This document shows, in pieces, positions 12,601-27,600 of a stretch of 64,000 nucleotides of DNA. How positions within the stretch are numbered: the stretch's first letter is position 1; every line of letters starts with the position of its first letter. Under the pieces are notes generated by a model. It was given only the letters and a program-made list of their open reading frames with translations. It ran no database searches and was not told where the DNA came from. This DNA is from Botryllus schlosseri (lineage: Eukaryota): the NCBI GenBank assembly GCA_051294905.1, contig CM119379.1, positions 10,664,001 through 10,728,000 on the forward strand. Reading direction: 5' to 3'. Made by a program: the position numbers and the translations under genes.

Positions 12601-15600
12601 AACCTATCGTAATGCTCGAGCGGTGGCCGCAAGCTATTTAATATCGTGGGAATGAATAGAAAAATCTGCGGTACGGGCAAATTCGGCGTCGCAACAGGCT
12701 GGTGGATATTCTCGAAGATTCGAAATCCAAATTTTTTCATCTTTCAAATTTTTTTCATTTCATGTTAAATCCACGGTTGCCGACGGCAGCATAGAGCACC
12801 AAAACACACCGAGGAGCAGATAAGGATAATCAAGAAGCATGCTGCGCTGATATCACGAATAAACATATCTGTATTCCAGCGCAAAGCTAGAGAGATATGG
12901 CTTCAGCTGGAAACTTTCTACTAAGCTTCCACAGACGTGAAATTGAAGTAAATTACATGTCTACACACAACATTCGTCAGGCACAACAGCGTGAAATCGT
13001 CGAGGCCAAACACGCTTCCATACATCACGATCCCGATGCCATGTTTCGATGGAGATATCGAGATAACGCAACGTCTGAGTAAATTGATTTCGGAAGATAA
13101 GATTGAAGACATTTGGAGATACTAAACTACAGTATACAATTGACTATAATATTCAATAAAATTTTCAAATTACTGAATATAAAACTATCTACCATACCTC
13201 AAATCCAAACGGCTGATTCTTCTCAAAGAGCTATCGTGTAAGTAATGTTTTATTATCCCACCAGCGCAGGGTACGTCACGAATTTTTCATTACTTTCCGC
13301 CGCACGCGAAGTCGGCATTTACAATAGTGCGCGGGACTTAATTAACTCCAAAACGCATAATGTCAATATACAATAGACACGCAACTGCCGAATATTACTC
13401 ATACTGGATTATCGAGAACTTTAAACTTGATCATGGATACCAGGTATACAGTGCTGTTGAAACAATGATTGCAACACAGGGTGTTATCTACGCGAATCAA
13501 TGCTTCCAATCACCGTGGTTACCACGACAACGAAGTCCACGGCTATTTCCGAATCGGAGATTCCGGCGTAACGTACCGCTTATTTTTAGGCATAACACGC
13601 CAACAAAAGATTACAATGTAAGGTTTTCAGCACGTTTTATCGATCAAAGCTCACGGCGGCTAAGCACTTGCGAACACTGATGCCCCGCGTATTTTGTCCG
13701 AATGCGACAGATTAAGCGGTATTTTGAATATGGACTAAAACCCGATGACTTAATGGTTTGAAAATGTAGCGGCGTTATTTGCAATGGCGCGTTCGCTCAA
13801 TTGCGTAATACGCCTGATTCGTACTGAAATCGCGCGCATTACATTTTCTGTAGTTATCGCAATTCCAAGGAGACCACAACCACAAAACCGCGCGAAACAC
13901 GAGTGTCATAACGGGTATTCGGGTCATAACCAGATATTATCACCTTAACAACCACACAAGGATCCCCGTCTGACAAGCATACTAGCAGGTATGGACCAAT
14001 GGACGGTACATAAAGGCACATGAGATCTCATTAAAACTATCAAGAACCATGCTGTGCGAATACTATTTAATAGCTTTCTATTATTGGTCGACAACATAAC
14101 TTGGACATAATAAATATGTGACGCAGCAAATGTCAAATATAATTACTCTCTACCTAGGCACCGGAATGGTAGAAAACTGCATCAGCCCCGGGTTAGAACC
14201 TTGCAATTCCGCAAGGTAGCAGGATAGTATAATAGTGATCGCCTTATCTCCACTGGTACGTAATTTGGAATGCTAAACGAGGCAGCAGGACAAAAGTCAC
14301 CGCGCCACACGATTCGAGTCGCTATCTCGGATAACATCGCGACAGCTTGTTTGCGTTGTGGGAGACGAATCAGTTTACGGTATCTACAAGTTTTCTCCCA
14401 CGCCGAGACGGCAAGATGGCAAATATTTGCCGAATCTCGGCGATAATGGCGCGGACGCATTACGACAAGACACAAAATATACTCCTTTGAACGACTCTCG
14501 ACAGTGTTGTTGTCCAAGTTCAAATTTTGGGAAAATGAATGGTCGGAAAAGTTTGCAACTTCTACGACACTGAGCTTACGAATTTCATATCGTGCAGAGC
14601 AACGAAATGGAGGCACGTTACGCCAAAAGCACAAGCATAGTTGTGAGGTTTGGGACACACTTCTAAGCATCAGGCGAACAGATTTGCAGAATTTACTTAT
14701 GACATACGAAATATCAACTTCGATCTAGGCGTCTTCAGGGCACCGGGCTGTCATGAAGGTTAGCGAGGGCTGCAACCGCCCAGATATTCAAAGCGAGCAA
14801 CAAGTTGCGATTTGCAGTAAAATACAGAACTCTCGACTCACCATCCTGTTTATAAGATCCATCGTGTTTACGTTTTCGTTCTGTGCCTTTAGAAACCATA
14901 TCGCTCAAGTGGCTAATAAGGCTAGATATTGTCGCTAGAATCTGCTCAAGACTATGATATGTATCTTAAATTTTGCCACGATGGACTGTCCAGTCGTCCA
15001 CTGTAACCGTAGACTATATTGTGTTGACCATATATTTTCGAAATAATGTGATCGGATATCAAGCACGAAGAGTCGATGGAGCAAGACTAAACTAAACATA
15101 GGTGTGATTCCGTGCCCATGCCCAATTGACCATATACATACAGCCCCCAATTCTTTCCCCACAAGGGAGCATAGAATCATAACATTGCATAACCTATAAA
15201 AGCATATTATTGGCTAACGAGATGATATCATAGACTTTCTTATTTGATTACCGGACAAGTATGCATTTGGTCACAACGGTCGGCAAGGAACACGAATTCC
15301 TAGACAAAGACGCGCCCACGGTAAATTCTACCATTAAATTTGAAGAGGCACACAGTTAAAGCCACGTAGTATGCGCAATGGCAATGTAAGATCACAGGTT
15401 CATAATCCCGAATCACAAATCAAAGAACCAATGACGTCAGCCATCCTGCAAACACCATCACAATCCGAAACTAAAACGACAACTTCACCTGGTAATGCCT
15501 GCATGTGTACGTCACAGAACCAATATCGAGTATTGTCCAATCGTACTTATAGCACTTATCCCCTTACTCAGATCAACAAATCACCCTGTGACACTAGTTG

Positions 15601-18600
15601 ATAGACAACACTTTTTTTATTGATGCCAGTGTGTCATCAATCGTTGGATCACAAACGTCCGCCCACAAAGCGTAAAAATTTCCGTTTAACATCACCAGTA
15701 ACATTTTCGCATTACAGGGTGCACCATCCGGCGACGATCCGCGCGCAAGTTGACTGACACACTGTAAACGAGCCCCTTGCGAAACACTCAAATTTGGGCA
15801 ACGATATGCGCATAATAATCATCGCCACGTTAACTAGGAAACCACCTGTTCGTCCTGCCGCATAACCGCAAACACACCGAAAACCAACATCAAACATTTG
15901 AAGTACCATATGACCAGCATCGCGACCTTATTATAACAACACAAGCGACGAAAATACTCTACGCGTCCGAAACGCATGAAGGGAGTACAGCTCCACGTAT
16001 CACGAAAAATGTCCCATGCAAACACAAACTGCGTATAAAGCGAGATTTGTATCTCGGTTGTCACAAGACTTAACCCTATCCTGACTATTGTAACCCTGGC
16101 GAGGTGAACATTGAACAACCAAACATTACCTCTTTTACGAGGTTTGTTGACTTTCTTCCACACCGTGGTAACTGCCAAAGTATTTCTCCTTTCCGCGAAA
16201 TTGGATTCGGAAACCCCCACCCCCAATCACAAAAGAAGATATATTTATCCCATGTGGACGCGAGGTCTCAAGTAATGGACCCGCCGTTATGCACATTGTA
16301 AATACGAACCGTTCCGCGGATGAAAGCAAAAAACGCCGCGAGTATTTTCATTGCCCACAGTGCGTTGACAAGTACCCTTATGGGGTGTTGGATTTGCAAC
16401 ATAACCTGTGGATCGGGTGGGTGCAGACATTTTATATCCCGTGTTACAGCATGTCTTACTTATAATATCGATCTATTTTTATGGTGTTATTACTGTACCT
16501 ACCGTTCACTGTGCAGGGCAGTCTATATCCAAACGATTTTACGAATATTTGCAGGCAGAATTGGGTGCTATATCAGTGTTTCATCAAACCAAGTAATTTC
16601 GAATCGTTCTTATTTTTTTGTTGTTATATCTTAATCTAGGGGTGTTTTGAACTGATACAAATCGCGATAAAACGATACTAATCATACAAAACCAGCATTC
16701 TATTTCTGGGAGAGCACCACGTGATATTGAACCATAGCTGTATAAAATTTTTTGTTCGTGAGCGTGATTAATCACCAATTTGACTCACGATCACGAGCGC
16801 AGTTTGCTTGAGACGTTGAGCAATTGGCATATTAAGTCGCGGCCGCGCACAGCTTAAAAATCAACAACTTGAAATTGGCACTTGGCAGTGCCACAAAGAT
16901 CTTTCCGGGCTGCCAAGTACGCAGTCAGCGCGCTGGCATCCCAAACTGGCCGTTTCGTCCGCTATGCATCACGCTGAATACACAACGAGTGGCGACAGAA
17001 TTCGCAAAGAACTGCCAGCACCGCCTTGTGACCGTAATCAACATAGACCAAACGGGAAGTAACATTGTCAACATGTTTGAAATATCCGCATCGGCGATTT
17101 CGATGGAATGTTCGTTATACATTAACAGCGGTCATAGGACATATTCATGAATACGCTTAGGACACCAACAATATCATATGTATTATAATTACATACCTTT
17201 ATGCTTGCAGTATTTTCGACAGTGGTAACATGCAGCTACAGCACTCCTCTAACGCGGTAAAATGTACCAATTCGGAGCACTAATATTCGAATCGTGACAG
17301 TATATCGAATAACCTCAATTTAGTTGATTTGTACCCATGATAAAGATTAAAAATATATTGCTACGCCTGCAAATCACCATACACGTACCATCTAAATTTG
17401 TGAAGAACAGGGGTATAATTATCGTTTGCGCTATTCAAGAGAATCCTATTTGCGAGTCCCCTTAATGAGGTCACTTAGCTATTTTTAGATCAAAATGCTC
17501 ATGATCAGTCGTATAAGATAGTGACGTAACACGAATTCCATCGCCATCAGCTAATCACCAACCGGCGTAAAGGGTCATTGGCGAAATGGTAGGAATGTCA
17601 AATATTGCCATCAAGCTGCACACGATAAGCAAAACATGGCGATGGAGCGACTATCGGGTTACAATTAGACGCTGGAACAGCGGGAAGGATTCGTCACAAA
17701 GGCCACCTTCAATGTAAACTATCCTTTCGCTACTCGACAATATTGGACGTGACTCACGAACGGGGAAACGATCATAGAACAAAGCGGGTGCGACACTGTG
17801 ACGTAACAGCGAAACAGGATTTCACACGGCACTTGTCAACCACAGAGGGACAATGTAACTGCGATGCCAACTGTGAAAGGATGTAACTCTTAGCAAAACC
17901 TGGGAGAGATTAATAGTTGATATAAACTTGTGAATGGATCTAGTTCAGCGCGATGAATCTATATAAAGAGCCTACGAACGGATTAAAGTAAGCCGATTTA
18001 AATCACATCCACCCCATGACACTCGTAAAACCGAGAAAACCATAAAATCCTCATTAACACAAACAAACACCTCGATATTCCGAAATCAACAATTTTTAAA
18101 CGTAAACATTCCAGGAATGCCATGTCACCACCAGCAAAGACATACATATGGTTTCCAATCATTAACGTTGCGATTTGCCTTCAATTTCCAAACGGCACGA
18201 TTCTTTTAGACGACCCAGACAGTCTCGCAAATGAAATGAAATGAAATACTTCTACCATGATGATAACAGAGCGGATACCAGTAAACAGAGCGGCTACCTC
18301 CCACGACTGCATAGTACTAGATTTTGCGCCACAGTAAACAGTTGTAAACTTGACAGCACAAAGCCACTCAGCGTCCTTGTTACTCATGTGGTGAAGTAAA
18401 TTTGTGGTCTCAATACAAGCTAGATTTAGTTCCATAAAAGCGAGAAGAACACTGAAATATCTTGGGAATGTACATTCTTTGTACCTGGTTTACAGAGTTA
18501 ATAATGCAGGCGGGGCCTACGATGCAGGTAATTTTCGAATTTAGGGAGTCCACAGGTCCACATTGGCACGGTTGAACTATCTTGTTTGTTGGTGGAATGG

Positions 18601-21600
18601 AGGAAGAAACCTTGAAGGATTGAAATAGCCCTAGTGCAGATATAATTTGGCAAAAGTATCTCGTCACCAACCAGCGCTGCATTACCCATAAGTGCAGATT
18701 CTGACACAGCATCGAAAAACTTCAATTATTCCATTTCCAACGCCATTTTCTTACTATTCAAACAGATCGCGGTTACTGTTCAACCGAAAATCGATTGTGT
18801 CAACAAGATTGAGGTGAAAAGACGGGTCAATGTCCCAGACCCTTTTCCGTACTTCAATATATACAATGTATAATGCGAGGCGCGCGATCGATTCAATTTC
18901 AAGCTTTTCAGATAATCGCGCTGACGCACGCCCATCATGTCGCGGGCACCTCTGGTATGAAAGCCCAACTGGCCAAACTCATTATCAATATTGACCGAGT
19001 CAAAAGCAGTTGCGCTTAATTATAGTATCAATCTTCAATAATAATATAATTCATCGTGCGCAACACAAAGGATGTTTTGAGGACCCGCGTAAACTACGAT
19101 GTCAACGGCCATGACGCGGCTGGCATCACGAATTACGGGAAGGTAATCGCAGTGAGTGAGTGACATCCACAGACATGGTAAGTCGGTGTCGGGAGTTGAT
19201 CAAATTCGAATAATAACGTGACTCCAAAGCCGTCTAGTTAACGTGATAAGGTAGAAACAAAATAGTGTACAAAACTCGTATAGGTTTCAATAAGAAAAAT
19301 CATTGCATTCGGTGAATTTTCCGTGGGTAATCCCCTTGAACGTATTGGAGAGGTTTTTTCGGAAGTAATAGCCGTGTATTGTATCTCTGTGCTCTGTGCA
19401 AGTTAATTTACCAAAGATTGCCGAGAATGGGAAATCCCCATGATATCCTCATTATCGTTAATTACTAGCCTACTGCATGGTATGGAAACTAGGTTTCATT
19501 ACGCCACACGTTACATCGAGATCGTCAAGCCTACCCTACATAACTATTCTCAACAACATGCCAGGTACAAGCAACTCAAACATTACGCGCAACAATCTTT
19601 CAACGCGATAACACAGTCGGGAAAGCCCTCGCATACTAGATCTCGCACACCAGCAATGCTGGTAAAACATAGTAATTGTTAGGAGGAATTGTATGGAATA
19701 GTGCAGTCACGTTGTTAAGGTAGATTTAGTACAGCCTCATATTTCCATAGGTCTTGATTTTTTTTAAATAGTCGGCCATGTTTGATAGCAGCTACAGGCC
19801 GGTGTCACACTGTCCCTGGTACCAAGCAATTAGTTTATTTATCCGTAATCCCGCGTGATACACCGAACGCGCCGTGATCATTCGCTGGATTATTCCGAAT
19901 TGCCGCCATTCAACATTTTTCTCCCTAACGAGCATTCCTAATGGAGAGGACAAACAATTACCGACATTCTCAAGTGGCCGCTAACAACGTTGCCACGATG
20001 AAATTTCCCGGAAAAGATATCGCGGCAAACGGTTTTCGCGAAAATTTCCGCAACCGCGTTCGTACGTCCAAAGCAACGTTATGAATTTACCGAATGGCAG
20101 ACCGGTGTGAATTCATTGCATTCACTTCAATTTCAACGCGGAGACATGTTTAAAGATGCGCGGAGACAACGAATCTCTCGGACACTCAACACCGGAAGAG
20201 AGCCCAGAACGAGCGCGGCAGTCTCGATTTCGTGAATAACAATGAGAATTATACGTGAAAACTCAAGTCCATAAATTATAAAGACTTGACATGTGACAAA
20301 AAATCATAGGTGATCAACTACAATATACTTATACTGCTACACGAGTACGAATGATGGCTACTGTGAACTACTCTGTAAATATACCGATAACATAAGGGTT
20401 ACCATATTATGAGAACCGAGAAAGAGAATACTTTTTACAAGTGACATTAACAAACATTGAAAGATTTTCAAGGTAAATGTTTTTTCAGAGCTGGTTCCTG
20501 AAAACCAGCTTACAGGCTTTCAGCTTACCAGGTCACGCTGGGTTGACCTTTTTTAGACGAAATGCGGGTCAATTGTCAATTGTACAGAAAGCCAGTTTTC
20601 ACGATTCTTTTTTCGCGATATTACCATTTTAGTTGACTCTATGCCATCACCTAACACTCACGACAATAAAAGAGGACGATTTGCGAAAAATGGACATTTG
20701 GGCTTCTTCGGCACACATTTCGGTATTCTTGAAAAGAGAGGACAAATTCTCTTAATAGAGCATATAATATTCTGGTCTCCCTAGATAAAACGTTTGTGTG
20801 CGTGTGTGTGTATGTATGTGTGAGTGGACACGCCTCCCTATCGCAAAATCATTCGCGCGAAACGAATACATCTAATCCAATTCCTACTACAATAGCATTG
20901 CTTTGAAGCATACAAGCATAGCATCGTTCGCCCAGAATAGAAAAGGCCTATGCCATAGTATAGCAAGCCGACACTCAACAACCGGGTCATTTAATATGCG
21001 AGCGCCCGGTGCTATTAGTTGGCAAATCGCCCTGGGAAACGACGGCTCCGGTATTTCCGCGAGAACACTCGACATCGCAACGCTGCTGCGGTTAACAAAA
21101 CATGACAAAATCGGTAACTACGCGAACCCTGCGTATGTTGGTGATACAAACACCGGCATCAAGCGCGAAAAGTCATGATAACATTCACCGACGCTGTCGC
21201 TGTTACACGCGCGATTGCAAATCTTCCCGATAGCGGAATCTGCGTTCGATTTCTTCACAGTGTCGCCACAAACAAAAACAACGTCGCGGCGTTGACTTGA
21301 AGAGCGCGGTTGATGAAATCGCGCGGAGTCGGCATTGTTACCCGCGAATTGCTGGAGGCGTTGCGAGTTATTCCGCATTGAATTGCAGTTCATGGACAGA
21401 TTAGAAAGAGGTGGTCTATGACGAAGCGCTTATGTCTACTTCAGAGTATTCAAGTAAGTTTTGCCTTGTTGCACTACGGTACTTCAATTTTTCATGATTT
21501 CAGATACTTCCACTTCCACGTGAACAGTTTTAGGCAAACCGACTCACTTTTTACAGTATGGGTTATGACAAGCAGAATGTAGGTTTGGAGAGTTTGAACG

Positions 21601-24600
21601 ACTATTACGAGAGATATGGTCATTGGTCTTAAGAACCGCGTGAAATGGTCCCTTCGTCACTGTAACTGCATTTATTTCCGACGTTTTCATCAATTGGCAG
21701 TGTGTTTTCATTTATCTATAACGCATCCCACAAGGAACTAAATTGTTGGAATTTAAAACAGGGAGCGAAATAGTGTGATTCTCGCTGACGCATAAAACAT
21801 AAGACCGGGCTTGGCCATAAGGATAAGAACGGGCTTGGCTTTGTAAACACAAACTTGGGGCTTTCAGTCGCGGATTTGTACATTATACTTATGAGCTCAA
21901 GTACAGAACTTGAACTTGAAAATATAATACCCACTAACCCATGGCAGACAACACACGAATTCATCGTTAGTAACAACACATTTATCTGCAATCAACCTAA
22001 AACCGTGAAAACATCCCACTTCGACGGAGTAACGCCCTATTACCACTACCATAATTACAGTGCAAATTACAGCAGACATCGCCATGAACCAGCATAATTC
22101 GACTCCATATTTTTCAAGCGCGCAAATTCCGTATCGCGGCCGAAATTTTTATGCCACTTACGACGCAGATAAACACGACACGAAAACTTGACAATAAGAC
22201 GTCACAACGACGGGGATAGCGCATTCCGAAACGCATCTCAACGCATGGAGAGCGTCTTGAAGTGAGAAGCAACATAATTTCGGTTTTCAAGTACGTAACG
22301 GAACACAATGCCCGAGTGGCCGACTGCGTTACCGCAATGGGCTAGGGATAGCAATCGGTCACCAACAACAAGATGAAAGTGCACTCGAAACATTCAACGT
22401 GCGGACAGAGGTCGCGGTAGAATCCGCCCACGTTGATATGCCGGTCATCGATTACATTACCGAGATTAATAGGAATTTTTCTCACGTTTACGCAAACAAT
22501 AGTGTTCCGTACCCTCCAAGGCGAAAATCATTGAAACACACCAATCCTTATTTATCATAGCCCATGGTGCTAGAGCCTTCTGGAGCGGTACACGAAAACA
22601 AGCCACGTCACCCCTTGTTATATATCTTCCATGAGAAGGGGCGTATTTACATCGTTTTTGAGAATGGGTGTGAGTGCGAAATTTTCATGAAATACCGTAG
22701 AACCGATTAATTTTACCCTATGCTATGGTGGAAATCCTCCAAATACACAATTGCCGTTTATAGTGTAGGGAGGTGGTTCTCAAACTTTCAAGACACGCCC
22801 CCTCAAGATAATGAAAAATTCCACGCCCCCTTATCGTCACATCACAAAATGCAACCAGAATGCTTGAGATCCCAACGTACAGTTTGATGGCATGGAAGGT
22901 TATGACTGTTGACGGGAGATTTCTCAGATATGAAATTACGGCAATACACAGAGTACTAACTATGAATTGGAGATAAATCGCGCAGAGTACGAAAATAATT
23001 TTCAGTTGGCCGCAGCTTCGCGCCCCCAGTTTGAGAATCACTGGTGTAGGGCATATATCGAGTCAACCGCACTTTCTAGCTGGCGAAAATGGGCTCTAGA
23101 GTGGTTTTACGCGTTCGTTCTTCAAGTGTAGGGGGCAATAGTCCACAGAAAACAGCTCCAAATGAATTGTAATGAGACGTCATATTGTAATTTTTTCATA
23201 TCAATCACAGCAATAGTATATTGATCCAGTAAAAACACTTGTGATTGTCGCAGTCTGCGACTCGCGGATATATATCTTACATAATACTATCGTTATTTCC
23301 CGCCAGGTCACAAGACACCGATCCTCAATCAATTCGGATGTATTTTCGATAGTCGAGACTGCGGCGATAGCAAATGACAGCCCCACGAACCGCAAGCGTG
23401 CGCCGTCTACACGAGGACATCGCCGGATCCTTTAGAATCAGAGACTATAAAGACTGACGCAGGAAGGTAAACCCGGTTTACGTGAGTGTATAATCATACG
23501 TTTGCGTTGCTTACGCGGATAATTCCCTTTCATTACATCGATTTGTAGACAATGGAGCGATACAGCGCATCGTTAAATACTTCCGGGAAAGTATCGAGTC
23601 CGTGCAGCCCCGAAAAAATTTCTCAGAAGCCCTCCCGACTTGCGAAGGGAGCTGCTAAACAACGCAACCCATGACGACCATTGATTTTGCAACATCTAGA
23701 CATGAAATTAGCCGCGTATTTATAAAGAATACAGCAGCGTAACCTACCAACAGCCTGAGACTTCTATTATCTATCGATCACGCTGGCCTGAAAGTGGCAC
23801 AAATTGTTTTTCATATCAGAAACACCGCCAATGCTAAGTATACAGAATATTTCCGCACATGGGAATTCGCTATGTAATACCACACTGGGCCCGAATTAAC
23901 ATAACAGACACGGAATTTACACAGTGGACAAAAATTGTGCAGCTCAATACGCAGTTTCGAGAATACGATAAGCGACCGTAATCGTGCCCAAGTAGAGTTC
24001 TCGGACGGTTGACAGGAATATGCTAAATCCACAGCAACGGATGTATCCGACACTAAAGTCGAAGCAAACACCGAAACACGTAATGAAACAGCAAATACTG
24101 TAGCAACTACATAACAAGCTACGAAAGCCGGAGCGTTCCTAGGTAAAGCCAGATATATCCGACGGAAATTCTCACAACCGCAATGAAGAGAAGAATACTA
24201 CCACGGATTAGTGACGACGGAATCGTCGATATCAACAGATAAGACGTAAGTTCATCCGGACAGTTCGAAACCAAGATTTCAAACCTGCGAAACCGATTAC
24301 GAACTGCGACTCACCAGCTCCCTCGCGCGAACACAAAACAACATACCCAGATTCGTAATTCTCCTATGCTTCGGCCTGGGCAGTGTCACGGCCTCTCGTC
24401 CTTCCCAAGTGACGAAGTCGTCTTTAAAATCCAAGCGATCGCCTTTATCCACGCTGTTGTGTCTAGGCTTCAGCGATTCGGTCGCTATTTCCTCAGGCGG
24501 GCCTACTGCCGGGTACAGGCTAGCCAGCGACGACGCGATAGACGATGCAAACTGGGAAGCTTCCTCAGAACATTGCGTCTGCGCTACACCGGTCCGTCTC

Positions 24601-27600
24601 GTGACTGCGTTCACAATGGTGGTGAGCAAACTTTCCTGCGATTTAGACCTTCGATTTTCTGCGATTTTCCCGCTGTGTTTTGGCAGTTTGCGATGCCGAG
24701 GCAGCGTCACGTTAGCCACTACCGACGGGGGTATGTAAAAATTATCATCTTCTTGACAGCAAGCGCCCGTCGATTCGTTATCCGCCGAATCGCTGTCCGA
24801 TATGGAGCATTGCGTGACTATAAGAGACACGGGGCTGCGCGGACGCGGTTGTAAACCATCATTGTGCTCTACAATCAGCCTATCGGGAGAGAGCGCAGTT
24901 CGAGAGCGACCGACCGCGTGGTTGTCCGTGAAAGCGCGCCTGCGATTTGATTGGCTAACGTCACAATCGTCGTCGCTCGACCGTTCAAAAGACGAATGAG
25001 AACAGTTCGAGGCCGAATGGTTGGATACGCGGTCTAACTGCGGCGAGCCGTTGGCTCCAGAGGCTAGTTTTCTAGCGCGTGCGAGCGCAGACAAGGCCGG
25101 CATCGATTCGGTGCCGCAAAAGGAGTGCAAAATCGGATGGCTGATGTCCGGCGATTCCGGCGATTTCGCGCCCTTTTTCTTGTACTTCCTCTGCTTCTTG
25201 TTGCTGCGAAAGCTTTCGAACAGTCCGCCCTTGGAGTCTGCCTTTCTGCGCGACAATTTCATTCCATTCCTCGCGTTGCTGTTGTTATTATACGCGCTCA
25301 GCGCTGTGTTCTCCTTCATAACCGGAAACGCACCGACGGCCAGAACGCTGTCCTTCACCACGTAGGCCCGTTCTACTTCCGATGGTAGCATCCTGCAAGT
25401 CAGTATCGCAGCCTCCTCGATAATCACGTCCTGCGGACTGGTTACCATCGCCACTTTGCGCTCCTTTTTTGACCGGATTCCGGTGAAAAATCCGGACATT
25501 GATGGTCGCCTGGGCACCTTCTTGTGTTCCATGGTCGCTGCGGTTGACATACTATCGCGGCACTTACGCGACAAGGCGCGTTCGTAAATAAATAGGTCGA
25601 TAACTGCTCAATGAATCGCATACAGCCGTGGTTAGCGAGTTGTCAATGAAGAAATCCGATTACAGAATCAATCAGAAATCCGATTACAGAATCAATCGCT
25701 ACGACTGATACGGTATTTCTACGTCATAGTATCTGGGCTTGCTCTGATTGGCCACGCGACACAAACTATCGAAACCAGTGGAGGAAAGCATATACACTAT
25801 AACGATAACTCTGTTGAATGAAGGGTACCTACAACCTGATATGGTGTCGGAAAATATTCGACAATGAACTAGTAATGCTCACGCTAATACGAAGTCCTGT
25901 CATTAAGATAATGTTAATGGATTTACAAATCGATAGACCGATGTATAGCACTTCGCAGTGTCGGGTCAGTAGATCATCTGCCACGTGGGATTTCGGCGAT
26001 TCGAGTATGTTGACGCGATTCGCATTCTACTATTTTTCAACGCGAAAATCAGTCTCTCATCAATCACATTAACTGAGCAACGTGGTTGAGAATTGACTCA
26101 TTGCGTAAAATACCAGTCGGGCCGAAGATAATCTGCACTAATACGCGGAATTAACGGGCGTTGATTAAAGATGAGTTGTGCGGATTTCTGATGACTATCG
26201 CGCCAATTGTGACTAGTTATGAATCACGCTCTAATCGACAGATAAATCAACGTAGATTGACAGAAATCGGCGCAGTTCCGTTGTATTGCAGGAGTTGGTT
26301 GAACCTTTTTTTGCTTATATAAATGTTCTATGAACTCACGAAATTCACCCGATACCGACCCATAAATGAGGACTGTTCACCAAACCACCGTGCTGTATAC
26401 TCTCAGGAGTCAACATTCATTTTTATTCAATCGCTGATGACTTAAAATGCAGATTTATCAGCAATTCCTGTTCCGATAGAGATAGGCTACAAGAGGTAAA
26501 AACGCATTCTGCTGGACCTCTCAGTAAACCGCACTGTTTTTATTTTACTCTTAAATCAGTATTCCGGATGTACTGCGGCCCTGAACGCCACCATCGACTG
26601 TAGTACACTTGTACAGCTCTGTCTTTAGAACGAGAATGCTTTCGCAACAGTTCACATCGCCAATGACGCAGAATTATGATCGACCGGTCGCTCACAGCCG
26701 CCCTACATTCTAACCCCGCGTTTTCGAGAGCCCCCAGAACAGTTGTTACGCGCTTTCGCGCTTCTTCAAATACTACACGTTACGGAATGTTATCACTCAT
26801 CCTTAACACAACAAATTTCCCCAGCATTGCAACGGAGGAGTCCTTGATCATTGTTGGACCTTCGAGAGCGCTGCCAGCTATGCACTTTCTTAACTCAACA
26901 AGCAACGAACGTGGCCAGATCAATACCAGCGATAATCTCCTTTGTCTGAAGGATCCCAGACAATTCTAACTGCCGGGAAGAGGTAACAGATAATTCAAAC
27001 GTTCCCTCGCTACAAATATTCCTACACACGGAGCCACGATTGCATTACCGACAATAATTATTCGCTTCAGCCTCCAAGGAAAAGCAACATCGATGCAAAC
27101 CGTGTACTGATGCGTATTTCGGAAATGATAAATTTGCGGCAATATCACAGCACGCGGCAAACTTCGTGTATTACGTCACGTCGAGTCTAGAACGTGGATT
27201 GGTCAGGAATACTTATGCCACAATACGTGATGTCCAAGCAATCTCGCATCCGGTTCGAAATACCCTTTCGAATCGTATCCTATTCGACTATGCCTTATGA
27301 CAGTGCATAAATCCCACATCTCTGACGCAAACTACCACCGTTTCGATAACGGATATAAGGTCAAATTCGTGGCGTGAGTGCAGGATCAGAAACGAAACGT
27401 TCCTACCTGGGTGGTACAAAACTATTATATTATTACGTTTGTATACTATGTCTTCCCAGAGATATATCCAACGAGAAAGCATATCAATTTACCAGAGAGA
27501 AATCCTCTTAGATAATGAAGGTTATACTAAAATAACATGCGAAGATCTACACGTAGCGCGATTCCGAAATAGACAGGTTTTCGCAAATAATTCGCTTAAA

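Noticed and set aside
12327-12740. 137-aa minus-strand ORF (MKKFGFRIFE...)
   Set aside because: The available donors are phase 0 or 2, not the phase 1 needed at 7336; no homology recognised.
14182-14670. 162-aa minus-strand ATG ORF
   Set aside because: No recognisable motif or compatible phase-1 donor; about one ORF of this length is expected by chance in six frames of 64 kb.
20521-20640. Strong minus-strand donor CTG|gtaagc
   Set aside because: Stops in the phase-1 frame and in the ATG frame; counted as a counter-example to the first-exon array.
24366-25388. Plus-strand ORFs of 162, 109, 114 and 87 aa
   Set aside because: Antisense shadows of the GC-rich 401-codon exon.
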